Assembly: GCA_964291625.2 (NCBI GenBank) | Contig: OZ220089.1 | Span: forward strand, 3,488,001 to 3,552,000 | Length of the DNA stretch: 64,000 nucleotides | Source: Candidatus Latescibacterota bacterium | GTDB taxonomy: Bacteria > Latescibacterota > UBA2968 > UBA8231 | Reading direction: 5' to 3' | Part shown: positions 1 through 8,710 of the stretch, piece by piece | How the letters are laid out: every line of letters begins with the position of its first letter | Numbering within the stretch: the stretch's first letter is position 1 | Notes under the pieces: model-generated | Told to the model about the DNA's origin: nothing | Seen by the model: the letters and a program-made list of their open reading frames with translations, nothing else | The model's database searches: none | Position numbers and translations under genes: made by a program

Positions 1-411
1 GGTGTCCAGCAGCACGGGGTAGAGGCGGCGGATCCGGGCCTCGACGCCGTCCTCGGTCGTCTCTGCGGACGGACCGTCGTCCGGACCGTGGATGAAGACC
101 AGGCGGCCCCCCAGGTCAGGCAGCCCGGCGTCGAGCAGATTCGCCTTCAGGTCGTTGCAGTATTGGCAGGTGGTGGTGACGAAGACGAGAGCGGAAGTCC
201 GGCCCTTCAGGTCGGCCAGTTCCAACCCCGGCCCGGCGATCCCGGCCAGTTGGAAGTCGGGAGCGGGGGTGCCCCGGGGCAGTTGCTGCCACTGGCTGCG
301 CGGCAGCCGGTTCAGCAGGGAGCCCGGCGGACCGTCCACGGCGACCAGGGCCCCGGTCAGGGCGAGGGCCAGCAGGCCGCCGGCCAGGAGAGAGGGTCTG
401 TGCGCCGCCAT
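1..411 (-). CDS. TlpA/redoxin-family thioredoxin-fold protein (partial, runs off window start)
   Basis: Manual translation from ATG 411: MAAHRPSLLAGGLLALALTG...PAPDFQL...LVFVTTTCQYC; N-terminal hydrophobic anchor, PAPDF motif and CxxC; not in ORF track. Confidence 0.8.
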   Translation of the reverse strand, partial: MAAHRPSLLAGGLLALALTGALVAVDGPPGSLLNRLPRSQWQQLPRGTPAPDFQLAGIAGPGLELADLKGRTSALVFVTTTCQYCNDLKANLLDAGLPDLGGRLVFIHGPDDGPSAETTEDGVEARIRRLYPVLLDT

Positions 412-413
412 GC

Positions 414-977
414 TCAGTCCTGCCTCTCCGCAAGGGCGAGCACCTGCTCCAGGCCCTGGCTGCCCACCGCGCCCTTGCGCACCACGCCCTGCGGATCGAT
501 CAAGAGCACCGAGGGGTAGCCCGGCACGCCGTAGGCCTGGTTCACCTCCCAGCGGCGGTCGTGGCCGGCGACCGGGACCAGGCCGTGCGGGGCCAGCTTC
601 TCCTGAAGGACCGCCCGGTCGCCCGCGCCGACGACGATGACGGGGTATCGCTCGGAGACCCGGGCGAGGGCGGGGTAGGTGGCGTCGCAGGCCTGGCAGG
701 AGGCCTCTGCGAAGAACAGGAGCCATGATCGCCCCGCCGGCGCATCGTCCGAGGACACGGTGGGGCCCTGGAGGCCGTCGAGGGTGAAGGCGGGGGCGGG
801 CTGGCCGAGCAGGTGGGCAAAAGGCGGGGGCGTGATCCCGGGCGGGTAGCCGGTCTCGAGCCGGGCGGCCACGGCCACCAGGGAGGCCAGGAGGAGGCCC
901 GATCCCAGGGCCGCGCCGAAGACGCTCGGGGGGACGCTGTCGTTGCCAGCAGATCCTTGGTCCCGGGCTTCGTCCAT
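414..977 (-). CDS. TlpA/redoxin-family membrane-anchored thioredoxin-like protein
   Basis: ATG 977 with GGAG upstream; TM segment, PAPAFTL, CQAC motif, YGVPGYP cis-Pro loop, LIDPQG. Confidence 0.85.
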   Translation of the reverse strand: MDEARDQGSAGNDSVPPSVFGAALGSGLLLASLVAVAARLETGYPPGITPPPFAHLLGQPAPAFTLDGLQGPTVSSDDAPAGRSWLLFFAEASCQACDATYPALARVSERYPVIVVGAGDRAVLQEKLAPHGLVPVAGHDRRWEVNQAYGVPGYPSVLLIDPQGVVRKGAVGSQGLEQVLALAERQD

Positions 978-1166
978 GTTCAGTTCTCCAGGCTGATGGA
1001 GCCGGGGCGTCTGAAGCGGCCCTTGGCGGGACGTGCCTCCTTTCCCGCCTTTTGCCCGAGGAAGCGTGGAGTCCCCTGCTGTGGTGGGGCGACGGTCCAC
1101 TACGTCCTCGTCCGGGACAGGGCTTCGAAGCGGGGTTCTGAAGGCGGCATCATGCGTCGCGCACCT

Positions 1167-1283
1167 CGGGGCCCCAGGTCTATCGCACCGACGAGTTCGG
1201 GGCCGTGGTCGTGAGGGTAGAGAGGGGGGTGGGTCTCGCCCGGGGGGGATGGTGAGCGAGGACTGCGGGCCGTGAGTCTGGAC
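1167..1283 (+). pseudogene. Decayed copy of the comEC 3' end
   Basis: Aligns by eye with 57313-57430 (VYRTDEFGAVVVRV...MVSEDCGP* vs VYRTDECGAVVVRV...MVGEDCAP*), similarity continuing past the stop codon; frameshifted. Confidence 0.85.
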
Positions 1284-1327
1284 GCAGCCGTTGGTGGTGG
1301 TGTCGAGGATCGGGCCGCGCTCTGCCG

Positions 1328-2224
1328 CTACCTGAGGCTGGCCTTGATCCGCCCCCAGGAGGACGGCTCCACGGCGGAAACGTCGTCGTAGCTGGATGGA
1401 TCCTCTCCAGCCCCTACCAGCAGGCCGTCGACGAAGAAATCGGCGAAGCTGAAGACCCCAACCCTGTCGCTCAACCACTGAAGGTCTATGGGCCCCAATC
1501 CGTCACTGTACTCGGTGGCGTCGTTGTCGATCGTGTTGATGGCAAAGCCGATAACCTTCCCCGGATACAGTATCGAGGCTTTGGAGGCGGCCTCGTCGTC
1601 GTAGACGAGGTCGTCGAAGGGGGTCACCATCAGCTCGGTGACCGTCGTGGCGGGGGTGACGCCGAGCACCCCGCCACCGCCGGCGGCGTACGGCTCCCTC
1701 ACGGCCCACTCGCTGGCCCCGTCATAGGCCACGTGTCGGCCCTCCGCCGTCTCGGCGATCGCCAGCCAGTGCTGGGCCTGGCGGTTGTTCTGGGGCTTGG
1801 CCTCCCTTTCAAACAGGTAGCGTCCGCCGGAATGATCGCCGTCAACCATGAAGCTGAAAGAAGAGTCCCAGCGGTTCATCGCTGGGAACCCCCACTCGTT
1901 GACCTCTCCCGCATAGTTGTTGTGGTAGATGTCATCGAAGCGCTCCATGGCGACCCAGAGGGTACCGCTTCGCCGGTGCCAGCCCAGCCAGAAGCGGTTG
2001 TCGCAGTTTGTTGGATCGTAGGTAGAGTCCGGGTAGTAGAAGTCGGCGCCTGTCAGCGACGGCTCCCCGAGGATGTCGATCCAGTCTTCGACGCTGCCGT
2101 CGGTCAGGTCGATGCGGTCCAGATCCTCGTCGAGGAGCTCGTAGAAGGGGTAGATCTCCTCGCCGATGTGGCCGTGGGCGCTGGTGGCAAGAAGTGCTAG
2201 CAGGATCATAGGGGAAAGACGCAA
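1328..2224 (-). CDS. Secreted CBM9/DOMON-like protein with C-terminal SAVEPSSWGRIKA tag (paralog 1)
   Basis: TTG start with GGGAGGAG RBS; signal peptide ending AHG/H; IDLTDGSVEDW, WVAMERFDD, DGDHSGG and GKVIGF motifs; closest to 59339-60220. Confidence 0.85.
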   Translation of the reverse strand: MRLSPMILLALLATSAHGHIGEEIYPFYELLDEDLDRIDLTDGSVEDWIDILGEPSLTGADFYYPDSTYDPTNCDNRFWLGWHRRSGTLWVAMERFDDIYHNNYAGEVNEWGFPAMNRWDSSFSFMVDGDHSGGRYLFEREAKPQNNRQAQHWLAIAETAEGRHVAYDGASEWAVREPYAAGGGGVLGVTPATTVTELMVTPFDDLVYDDEAASKASILYPGKVIGFAINTIDNDATEYSDGLGPIDLQWLSDRVGVFSFADFFVDGLLVGAGEDPSSYDDVSAVEPSSWGRIKASLR

Positions 2225-2325
2225 GGTGCTCCTCCCATGGAAGGATGGTACCCGGCAACAACGAAGAAGAGGGGGGCGTTGTTCCAGAGCACACGGGATG
2301 TTTCTCGGGATCCCAAGAGGAAGGC

Positions 2326-3258
2326 TCAGGGGCGCACGGGGAGGGCGGCCTTGATACGCCCCCAGGAGGACGGCTCCACGGCGGAGACATCGTCGTAGCG
2401 GGAGGGGTCTTCCCCGGCGCCGACGAGCAGGCCGTCGACGAAGTGGCTGGAGAAACGGTTCACGGAGAGTTCCAAGGGCGTGAGCAGGTAGGCGGTGGAA
2501 GAGACAAAGGGAGGTTCCTCGTCAGCGTCGTAGAGCCAGAGATCGAAACCGATGGTCTTGCCCGGGTACAGCTCCGAGGCTTCGGAAACGCCCTCGTCGT
2601 TGTAGACGAGGGCGTCGAAGGGCGTCACCTTGACTTCGAAGACCCAGGTCGCCGGGGTGCGGCCGACGGCGCCGCCTCCGGCGGCTGCGTACGGGTCCTC
2701 CGTGAGCCACTCGCCGCTCCCGCTGAAGCGAACGAAGTGGTCCCCCGCCGGGTCGATCGGCATCCAGTACTTCTGGGCCTGGCGAAAGTTCAACAGATCC
2801 AACTCTTCCTCGGTATGGTCGCCGGCAGGGAACCTGCGATACCGACCACCGGAGTGATCTCCGTCAATGAAAAACTCCATGCAGGCGTCCCATGCCCAGC
2901 AGTAGTTTGCTGTTTCCTCTTCGTCTCCGAGGGCCCCTTCGTAGCGGTCATCGAAGGCCTCCACGGCGACCCAGATGGTACTGCTGTTCCCGTGCCAGGC
3001 GAGCCAGACGCGGACATCCAGGGTCGTGGGATCGCTGGGCCAGCTCTCCGAGCCCCTCCAGAAATCGGAGGTGACCAGGGACGGCTCCCCGATGACCTCG
3101 AGCCAGTCCTCGACGCTGCCGTCCGTCAGGTCGATCCGGTGCAGGTCTTCGTCGAGCAACTCGTAGAAGGGGTAGATCTCGTCGCCGACGTGGGCGTGGG
3201 TGATGCTGGAGGGAAGCAAGGCAAACAGCAACAGCGAGCGAATCGTTCTTGGTCGCAC
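2326..3258 (-). CDS. Secreted CBM9/DOMON-like protein with SAVEPSSWGRIKA tag (paralog 2, most divergent)
   Basis: GTG 3258 with AAGGAG RBS; signal peptide; same conserved motifs and tail as paralog 1. Confidence 0.85.
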   Translation of the reverse strand: MRPRTIRSLLLFALLPSSITHAHVGDEIYPFYELLDEDLHRIDLTDGSVEDWLEVIGEPSLVTSDFWRGSESWPSDPTTLDVRVWLAWHGNSSTIWVAVEAFDDRYEGALGDEEETANYCWAWDACMEFFIDGDHSGGRYRRFPAGDHTEEELDLLNFRQAQKYWMPIDPAGDHFVRFSGSGEWLTEDPYAAAGGGAVGRTPATWVFEVKVTPFDALVYNDEGVSEASELYPGKTIGFDLWLYDADEEPPFVSSTAYLLTPLELSVNRFSSHFVDGLLVGAGEDPSRYDDVSAVEPSSWGRIKAALPVRP

Positions 3259-3287
3259 AATGCTATCTCCTTCGTGAGAGAATGTGA

Positions 3288-3491
3288 CTACCGACCTCTG
3301 GGAGCAGGAAAGAGCCAACCCTCTCGGATCTCCTTCTCCATGAAGGACGGTAGGTCGCCTGGAACGGCAGCCCACTGACCCAAGGTAACATCTACACCGT
3401 CGCCTCGAAGGCGGGTAGCTAATCCGAGAACCCAGCATTTGTGGTGGTCACTATCCCATGAGTAAGAAACAAAGGCTCTTGGTGTCCTCAT
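3288..3491 (-). pseudogene. Truncated SEFIR/TIR-domain protein (N-terminal ~55 aa only)
   Basis: PRAFVSYSWDSDHHKCWVLGLATRLRGDGVDVTLGQW...PGDLPSFME matches the typical bacterial SEFIR/TIR start; ends after 67 aa. Confidence 0.75.
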
Positions 3492-3638
3492 CTCGTTGAT
3501 GGTCCTTACTGCTCGTGGGTGTGAATCGTGGTGTCATGTGAGCCCTGCGGGATGTAGCCCGAGGTTGCCTATTTCACCAAGCGTCCAAGGTCAAATGGGC
3601 GTGGGAACCCTTCGGTAGGATCCCATGGCTCCGCCCCC

Positions 3639-4724
3639 TCACCCCTCGCCGAACAGCTCCAGCTGGTCCTGCCCCTGCCGGCGGAACCGGTCCACCGCCA
3701 GTGCGGGCGCCGGCCGGTCCAGCCCGGCCTTCCTCTTGGCGATCCGGAAGAACCGGCTCACCAGCTCCGCCAGTTCCCCCTCGCCGCGCATGCGGTGGCC
3801 GTAGCGCGCGTCCGATAGCTGGCCCCCCCGCACCGCCTCGAGCCGGTGCACGACCTTGCTGGCGCGGTCGGGGTAGTGGCGCTCGAGCCAGTCCAGGAAC
3901 AGGGGGCGCACGGCCCCGGGCAGGCGCACCAGGATGTAGTGGGCCCAGCGCGCCCCCCGGGCCGCCGCCGCTTCCAGGATGGCGGGGGCCTCCGAGTCGT
4001 TGAGCCCCGGGATCAGAGGCGCCACGTTGACCCCCGCCGGCACCCCGGCCCGGGACAGCTCCTCGAACGCCTGCAGGCGCCGCTCCGGCCGCGAGGTGCG
4101 CGGCTCCATGGCCGCCGTGAGCCGGCGGTCGAGGCTGGTGATCGACAGGGTCACGTGAACCAGGTCGAGGGCCGCCATTCTCTCCAGGATGTCGAGGTCG
4201 CGCGTCACCAGGTGGTTCTTGGTGATCAGGCTCACGGGGTTGCGGAACCTGAGGAACACCTCCAGGCACCGCCGCGTGAGCTGCAGCCGCCGCTCCACCG
4301 GCTGGTAGCAGTCGGTGTTGCCCGACAGGGCCACCACTTGGGGCTGCCACGACCTCTTGCGCAGGGCCGCCTCCAGCAGCTCCGGGGCCTGCTCCTTGAC
4401 CAGGATCCTGGTCTCGAAGTCGAGCCCGGCCGAGAACCCCAGGTACTCGTGGGTCGGCCGAGCGTAGCAGTAGACGCAGCCGTGCTCGCAGCCCCGGTAG
4501 GGGTTGAGGCTGAAGCGGAAGCCCACGTCCGGCGAGTCGTTCTCGGCCAGGATGGAGCGGCTGGCGTCGATCAGGTAGCTGGTGGGGACACGCTCCTCGA
4601 AGCCCTCCTCGCCGGGCTCGGCCGGGTCGGGCTCCAGATACAGGGGCTCGAAGCGGTTGGGGGTGTTGAAGCCGGCGGCGCGGCCCCTCTTGCCGGGAGG
4701 CCGGGGCGCGGGTGGGTCGGGCAT
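3639..4724 (-). CDS. PA0069/Rv2578c-family (SplB-like) radical SAM DNA-repair protein
   Basis: NPYRGCEHGCVYCYAR (CxxxCxxC), NTDCYQP, MEPRTS, APLIPGLND, VRLP, C-terminal QLELF. Confidence 0.93.
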   Translation of the reverse strand: MPDPPAPRPPGKRGRAAGFNTPNRFEPLYLEPDPAEPGEEGFEERVPTSYLIDASRSILAENDSPDVGFRFSLNPYRGCEHGCVYCYARPTHEYLGFSAGLDFETRILVKEQAPELLEAALRKRSWQPQVVALSGNTDCYQPVERRLQLTRRCLEVFLRFRNPVSLITKNHLVTRDLDILERMAALDLVHVTLSITSLDRRLTAAMEPRTSRPERRLQAFEELSRAGVPAGVNVAPLIPGLNDSEAPAILEAAAARGARWAHYILVRLPGAVRPLFLDWLERHYPDRASKVVHRLEAVRGGQLSDARYGHRMRGEGELAELVSRFFRIAKRKAGLDRPAPALAVDRFRRQGQDQLELFGEG

Positions 4725-4759
4725 GGGGGCGGACTGCCTTTGTCGGGCACCGGAACAAG

Positions 4760-4801
4760 TGAATATATGTGCAGTATATATCCAAGGCCCGCCCGACGCA
4801 A
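4760..4801 (-). promoter_or_regulatory. Sigma70-type promoter TTGCGT-17-TATACT with overlapping palindromic operator TGCACATATATTCA (candidate SOS box)
   Basis: -35 at 4796-4801, -10 at 4773-4778, 14-bp imperfect palindrome at 4760-4773; AT-rich patch in GC-rich DNA. Confidence 0.65.
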
Positions 4802-4831
4802 CGCCCGGCCTTGGTCAACCCGGTACAGGCC

Positions 4832-5551
4832 TCACTCTTCTCTGCAAGTCTGCACAGGTCTCGTTGCGTTGTCCCTCAATGGCCAGGGAGCATACGGGAT
4901 CGGCAGCAGGGCCGAAGCCGACTCGTAACCCACGTCCGGGATGGTTGGCTCCAGGGCCCTTGCGCGAGCATGGGCCTCCAACGCCTTACGAGGCCGTCCA
5001 CTGCGGTTCAGCAAGCATCCCAGGCTCAAGTGACCGAGAATCCATGTCGAATCAGCCGCGACTGCCTGGAGGAGCATCCCCTCTGCTCGTTCCAGGTCAC
5101 CTGACTCCACGAGGTGATAGGCCAGGGCATACTGGACGAAGAAGTAGGAGGAGTCCTGGCTGCTGAACTGGGTACCGACATCGACCGCCTCCTCGAATCT
5201 CGACAGACGAAGCAGGGCGATTGCCTTGAAGCTCAGGACACGAGAGTCATGTGGTTTGATCTCCAGCGCCGCATCGAAGGAGGCGAGGGCCCCCTCGTAG
5301 TCGCCTTGGGTCCCCAAGGAATATCCTCGGTAGAAGTGAGAATCGGAGTCTCGCGGACGTAACTCGACAATCTTCTCGAAGTACTCGGCCGCTGCTTCGT
5401 AGTCACCATCCTGATAGGCCTCGCTGGCAGGACCCCAGTAGTCGAAGAGAGATGGCACGAGATACAGGTATCCGATGCAAAGGAGCATGCCGCCGGCATA
5501 GGCGCAGACCAATGTTGCTGTCACTTTCGGGCTGTATCGCGGCCTGCTCAT
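4832..5551 (-). CDS. Membrane-anchored TPR-repeat protein
   Basis: ATG 5551 overlaps upstream stop; N-terminal TM; repeats such as GDYEAAAEYFEKIVELRP and GDYEGALASFDAALEIKP. Confidence 0.8.
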   Translation of the reverse strand: MSRPRYSPKVTATLVCAYAGGMLLCIGYLYLVPSLFDYWGPASEAYQDGDYEAAAEYFEKIVELRPRDSDSHFYRGYSLGTQGDYEGALASFDAALEIKPHDSRVLSFKAIALLRLSRFEEAVDVGTQFSSQDSSYFFVQYALAYHLVESGDLERAEGMLLQAVAADSTWILGHLSLGCLLNRSGRPRKALEAHARARALEPTIPDVGYESASALLPIPYAPWPLRDNATRPVQTCREE

Positions 5552-6273
5552 GCGGGGGGGAGGTGTCTGAACTCGGTCAAGAGAATCTGGAGAGGGAGGC
5601 TTGAGAGGTTTGTGGTCCCGTGAGCAATGATGGGGAACGCCAGAGACCGGGTCCTCTCGTAGGAGAACGCAAAGACCCCTCCGGAGAGAAAGTGAAGGAA
5701 CGTGGTGTCCGTCCAGCCATGTGCAAGGGCGAACAGGGATGATGACAGGAGCACACTGGGGGCACAAGCGCAATGCCGCCTCAGCCAGGAGTAGAGAAGG
5801 CCTCGGAAGAAGAACTCCTCGAAGATGGGTGTTACCAGGACACCGTGGAGACACGTGGCGAGCAGATGTGCCGCGGTGGCCTCTCTGCTCAGGTGCCACA
5901 CATAGCTGTCGCCGCCAATGAATCCCAGATAGATCCCTGCCTTCATGGCTGTGAGGGTTACCCCACAGAGGGCGGCGGGAAGAACGAACTCCATGAAGCG
6001 GCAGGGTACCAGGCCGGTGACCTTCTCCACATTGCACTTGTACCGCCCCGCGCAGAAAACGCCGATCTCGACCATCAGGGCGAGGTAGGCGATATGCACC
6101 CATGCAAGTTTCGCTATCAGGAAATCCGTTGCGCGACTGGGATAGGCCGCATGCAGAGCCCGGAGTGCCTGTTCGAATCCGGCTACCTGGAGCAGCAAGA
6201 GGACGGCGCAGAGGACCAGGAAGCCGATCCCCCAGGGAACATCGAATCCCGGCTTCCGGCTGACGCCGGGCAC
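5548..6273 (-). CDS. CPBP (Abi/CAAX) family intramembrane glutamic protease
   Basis: PIFEEFFFRG, FALAH and AHGTTN motifs; multiple TM segments; start uncertain. Confidence 0.88.
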   Translation of the reverse strand: MPGVSRKPGFDVPWGIGFLVLCAVLLLLQVAGFEQALRALHAAYPSRATDFLIAKLAWVHIAYLALMVEIGVFCAGRYKCNVEKVTGLVPCRFMEFVLPAALCGVTLTAMKAGIYLGFIGGDSYVWHLSREATAAHLLATCLHGVLVTPIFEEFFFRGLLYSWLRRHCACAPSVLLSSSLFALAHGWTDTTFLHFLSGGVFAFSYERTRSLAFPIIAHGTTNLSSLPLQILLTEFRHLPPA

Positions 6274-6309
6274 CTTGCGGCGCTCCCCCGCCCCCGGGAG
6301 GGGGTGGGC

Positions 6310-6462
6310 TTACGGCTCTCTCCGCCGGGCGATCATGGCCCGGATCATGTCGGCCACGTCGCCGAACCCCCGCAGGGCGACGACGGCCACGGTGCCGAAG
6401 AAGAAGGCGCAGGCCAGCAAAAAGACGTAGCTCCAGATCTCGATCCAGGTGGCAGATTCCAT
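6310..6462 (-). CDS. Small 50-aa membrane protein downstream of the SSS transporter
   Basis: Manual translation MESATWIEIWSYVFLLACAFFFGTVAVVALRGFGDVADMIRAMIARRREP; starts 4 nt after SSS stop, GGAG RBS. Confidence 0.75.
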   Translation of the reverse strand: MESATWIEIWSYVFLLACAFFFGTVAVVALRGFGDVADMIRAMIARRREP

Positions 6463-6466
6463 CGGC

Positions 6467-8032
6467 TCACTCCATGTCGCTGAAGTCGATGTGGCGGGGC
6501 GGGTACTTCTTCTGCGTCAGCAGCGAGCCCACGATCATGCCCAGGCCCCCGAGGATCAGGCTCGAGAAGTTGGTCAGGTTCGAGTTCTCCACGAAGCCGC
6601 GCAGGGCCTCGGGCACCAGGTCGGGGAAGAAGCTCATGACCAGGAAGTTGAGAGGCCCGGTGGCGCCCAGGACCAGGGCGCAGTAGGCGCCGACGCGGTT
6701 GGCCTTCTTCCAGTAGAGGCCCAGGACCACGGTGCCCACGGTGCCGGCGAAGTAGATGGTGCCGGTGAGGTACATGAACTTCATCGCCGTCTCCGGCAGG
6801 CGGTCGATGAAGAAGATGCCGAACAGCGCCAGCAGCACGGCCAGGCAGATGATGATCGCCCGCGTCCAGTAGATCTCCTCGCGGCTGCTCAGCCCGCCCC
6901 AGGTGTCGTCGCCGGTGCGCTGCTGGTCGCTGCCGGCGCGCATCGCCTTGATCGGCGAGATGACGTCGCGCACGATGACGCCGCTCCAGGCCAGCAGGTA
7001 GGAGTCGTGGGTCGACATGAAGGCGGCGAACATGCCCGCCAACAGCAGCCCCGCGGCGCCGGCGGGCAGGATCTGGCCGAGCATCTCGGGCACCGCCGAC
7101 TGGCCGTCCTGGGCGTAGGCGCCGGCGTACGAGGGCAGCCGCGTCCAGGCGAAGGCGGCGGCCCCCCAGAACATGGGCACCAAGGCGCGGCCGGCCGAGG
7201 TCAGGCCCTGGATCCAGAAGATGCGCCGCGCCACGCGGGCGTCCTCGGTCGACAGGGGCCGCGACATCTCCGGCTGCCAGACGATGCCCACGAAGGAGAC
7301 GCACAGGAAGTAGATGATGAAGTACCAGCCGAAGGAGGGGTTGCCGATGGGGTCGAAGGCCGCGGCCCCCTTGTGCGTCTCCAGCGAGCTGACGATGGAG
7401 CTGAAGCCCAGGTCCGGGTGATTGAGGATGAAGAAGGTGCCGAGGAAGAAACCGAGGGTGAGCAGCACGAACTGGGCGAAGTCGGTGAGCACCACCGAGA
7501 CCATGCCGCCCATGAGGGTGTAGAACACGACGATGATCAGCAGGGCGATCATCACCGGGTTCGTCCAGCTCTCCGGCATGCCGGTGAAGCCGACGACGAA
7601 CTTGGAGCCGAGGATGGGGAAGAGGCTCATGTTGAGGGTGCCGGCCAGACCGAGGATGCAGCCGCCGAGGAGGCGCACGCCCCGCGAGTACTTGAGCTCG
7701 TACATCTCCGGCACCGTCATGATGCGCAGGTGCCGCAGCCGGCTCACGAGGAAGCCCGTCTTGCCGATGACGATGTGGGCGCCGGTGGCCATCACCCCGA
7801 GGATGAAGGGCGAGAAGCCGTTGACGAAGCCCTCCTCGGCGAAATACATGACCGTCACCAGGCCGAGGCCGGTGGAGACCATGGTGGCCACGGCCGTGTG
7901 GGTCTTCAGGCTGCGGCCGGCGACGAGGAAGTCGGAGATGCCCCGGATCGCCGAGCGCGCCAGCAGGCCGGCGGTGATCGTGCCGCCCACGTAGACGAGG
8001 ACGATCAGGAAGTCGAACCAGTGCAGATGCAT
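6467..8032 (-). CDS. Sodium:solute symporter (SSS) family transporter
   Basis: DFLVAGRSL, YTLMGGMVSVVLTDFAQ, AAFMST, LGLYWKKAN; many TM helices. Confidence 0.93.
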   Translation of the reverse strand: MHLHWFDFLIVLVYVGGTITAGLLARSAIRGISDFLVAGRSLKTHTAVATMVSTGLGLVTVMYFAEEGFVNGFSPFILGVMATGAHIVIGKTGFLVSRLRHLRIMTVPEMYELKYSRGVRLLGGCILGLAGTLNMSLFPILGSKFVVGFTGMPESWTNPVMIALLIIVVFYTLMGGMVSVVLTDFAQFVLLTLGFFLGTFFILNHPDLGFSSIVSSLETHKGAAAFDPIGNPSFGWYFIIYFLCVSFVGIVWQPEMSRPLSTEDARVARRIFWIQGLTSAGRALVPMFWGAAAFAWTRLPSYAGAYAQDGQSAVPEMLGQILPAGAAGLLLAGMFAAFMSTHDSYLLAWSGVIVRDVISPIKAMRAGSDQQRTGDDTWGGLSSREEIYWTRAIIICLAVLLALFGIFFIDRLPETAMKFMYLTGTIYFAGTVGTVVLGLYWKKANRVGAYCALVLGATGPLNFLVMSFFPDLVPEALRGFVENSNLTNFSSLILGGLGMIVGSLLTQKKYPPRHIDFSDME

Positions 8033-8266
8033 GTGAACAGGTGCTCCCGCGGATGAGGGGGGCGGGGAATATAGGCGATGATCGGGGGGCAGGGGGTGGC
8101 GGGCGGGTGCCGGGCGCCATGGGTCGGCCGTGCCCCCGGAGTTACCGGCACGGATGTTGCGTTGCGCAGGACTTCAGGTGCCCGGAGGATTCTTGACCCC
8201 AAGGAGGCAACCGTGTTCGTACCCGGTCGGAGCAAATCGCCAAGGCCCTATGGATCGGACAAGGCC

Positions 8267-8710
8267 ATGATCACCCAGGAGCAGCACGACAAGCTTCTCG
8301 CCGACGCATCCTCGCTCACACATGAGGGGGTAGTCGCACTTCTCCGGCGATCCGGCCTCGAAAGGATCGCTGTTCGCCTGGACTACCTCCGCCAAGTCGT
8401 TGACGAAGACCCTGAGCACTCCCCCCTGGAGATCGAATCCCTCCGTTCCCTGGCCACGTTTCTCGTTGTCGAACGGCAATTGCCTCATCCACAGATCTCG
8501 GCCGGGCCGGCTTGTCTTTTCTCCGCCCAGTGGAGCACTGCCTCCGGCGAGGCCATGGCGATGGAGTTCCTTGGTTCCGGGCTGATTCGGTTCGCGGTTC
8601 TGTCCAGTCCGGGTGCCCCGGAGGATCCGTGGAGTGTCAGCGGTACTCTGCCAAGGCATGAGGTCATGACGGCTGTCGAGCCATTCACCGTGCGGATGCA
8701 ACGGCGATGA
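8267..8710 (+). CDS. Hypothetical protein (accessory islet)
   Basis: 147-aa ORF from ATG 8267 with protein-like composition; no family recognised. Confidence 0.6.
   Translation: MITQEQHDKLLADASSLTHEGVVALLRRSGLERIAVRLDYLRQVVDEDPEHSPLEIESLRSLATFLVVERQLPHPQISAGPACLFSAQWSTASGEAMAMEFLGSGLIRFAVLSSPGAPEDPWSVSGTLPRHEVMTAVEPFTVRMQRR

Noticed and set aside
1328-3491. Integron cassette array
   Set aside because: No IntI gene, and no convincing RYYYAAC...GTTRRRY attC sites between the genes.
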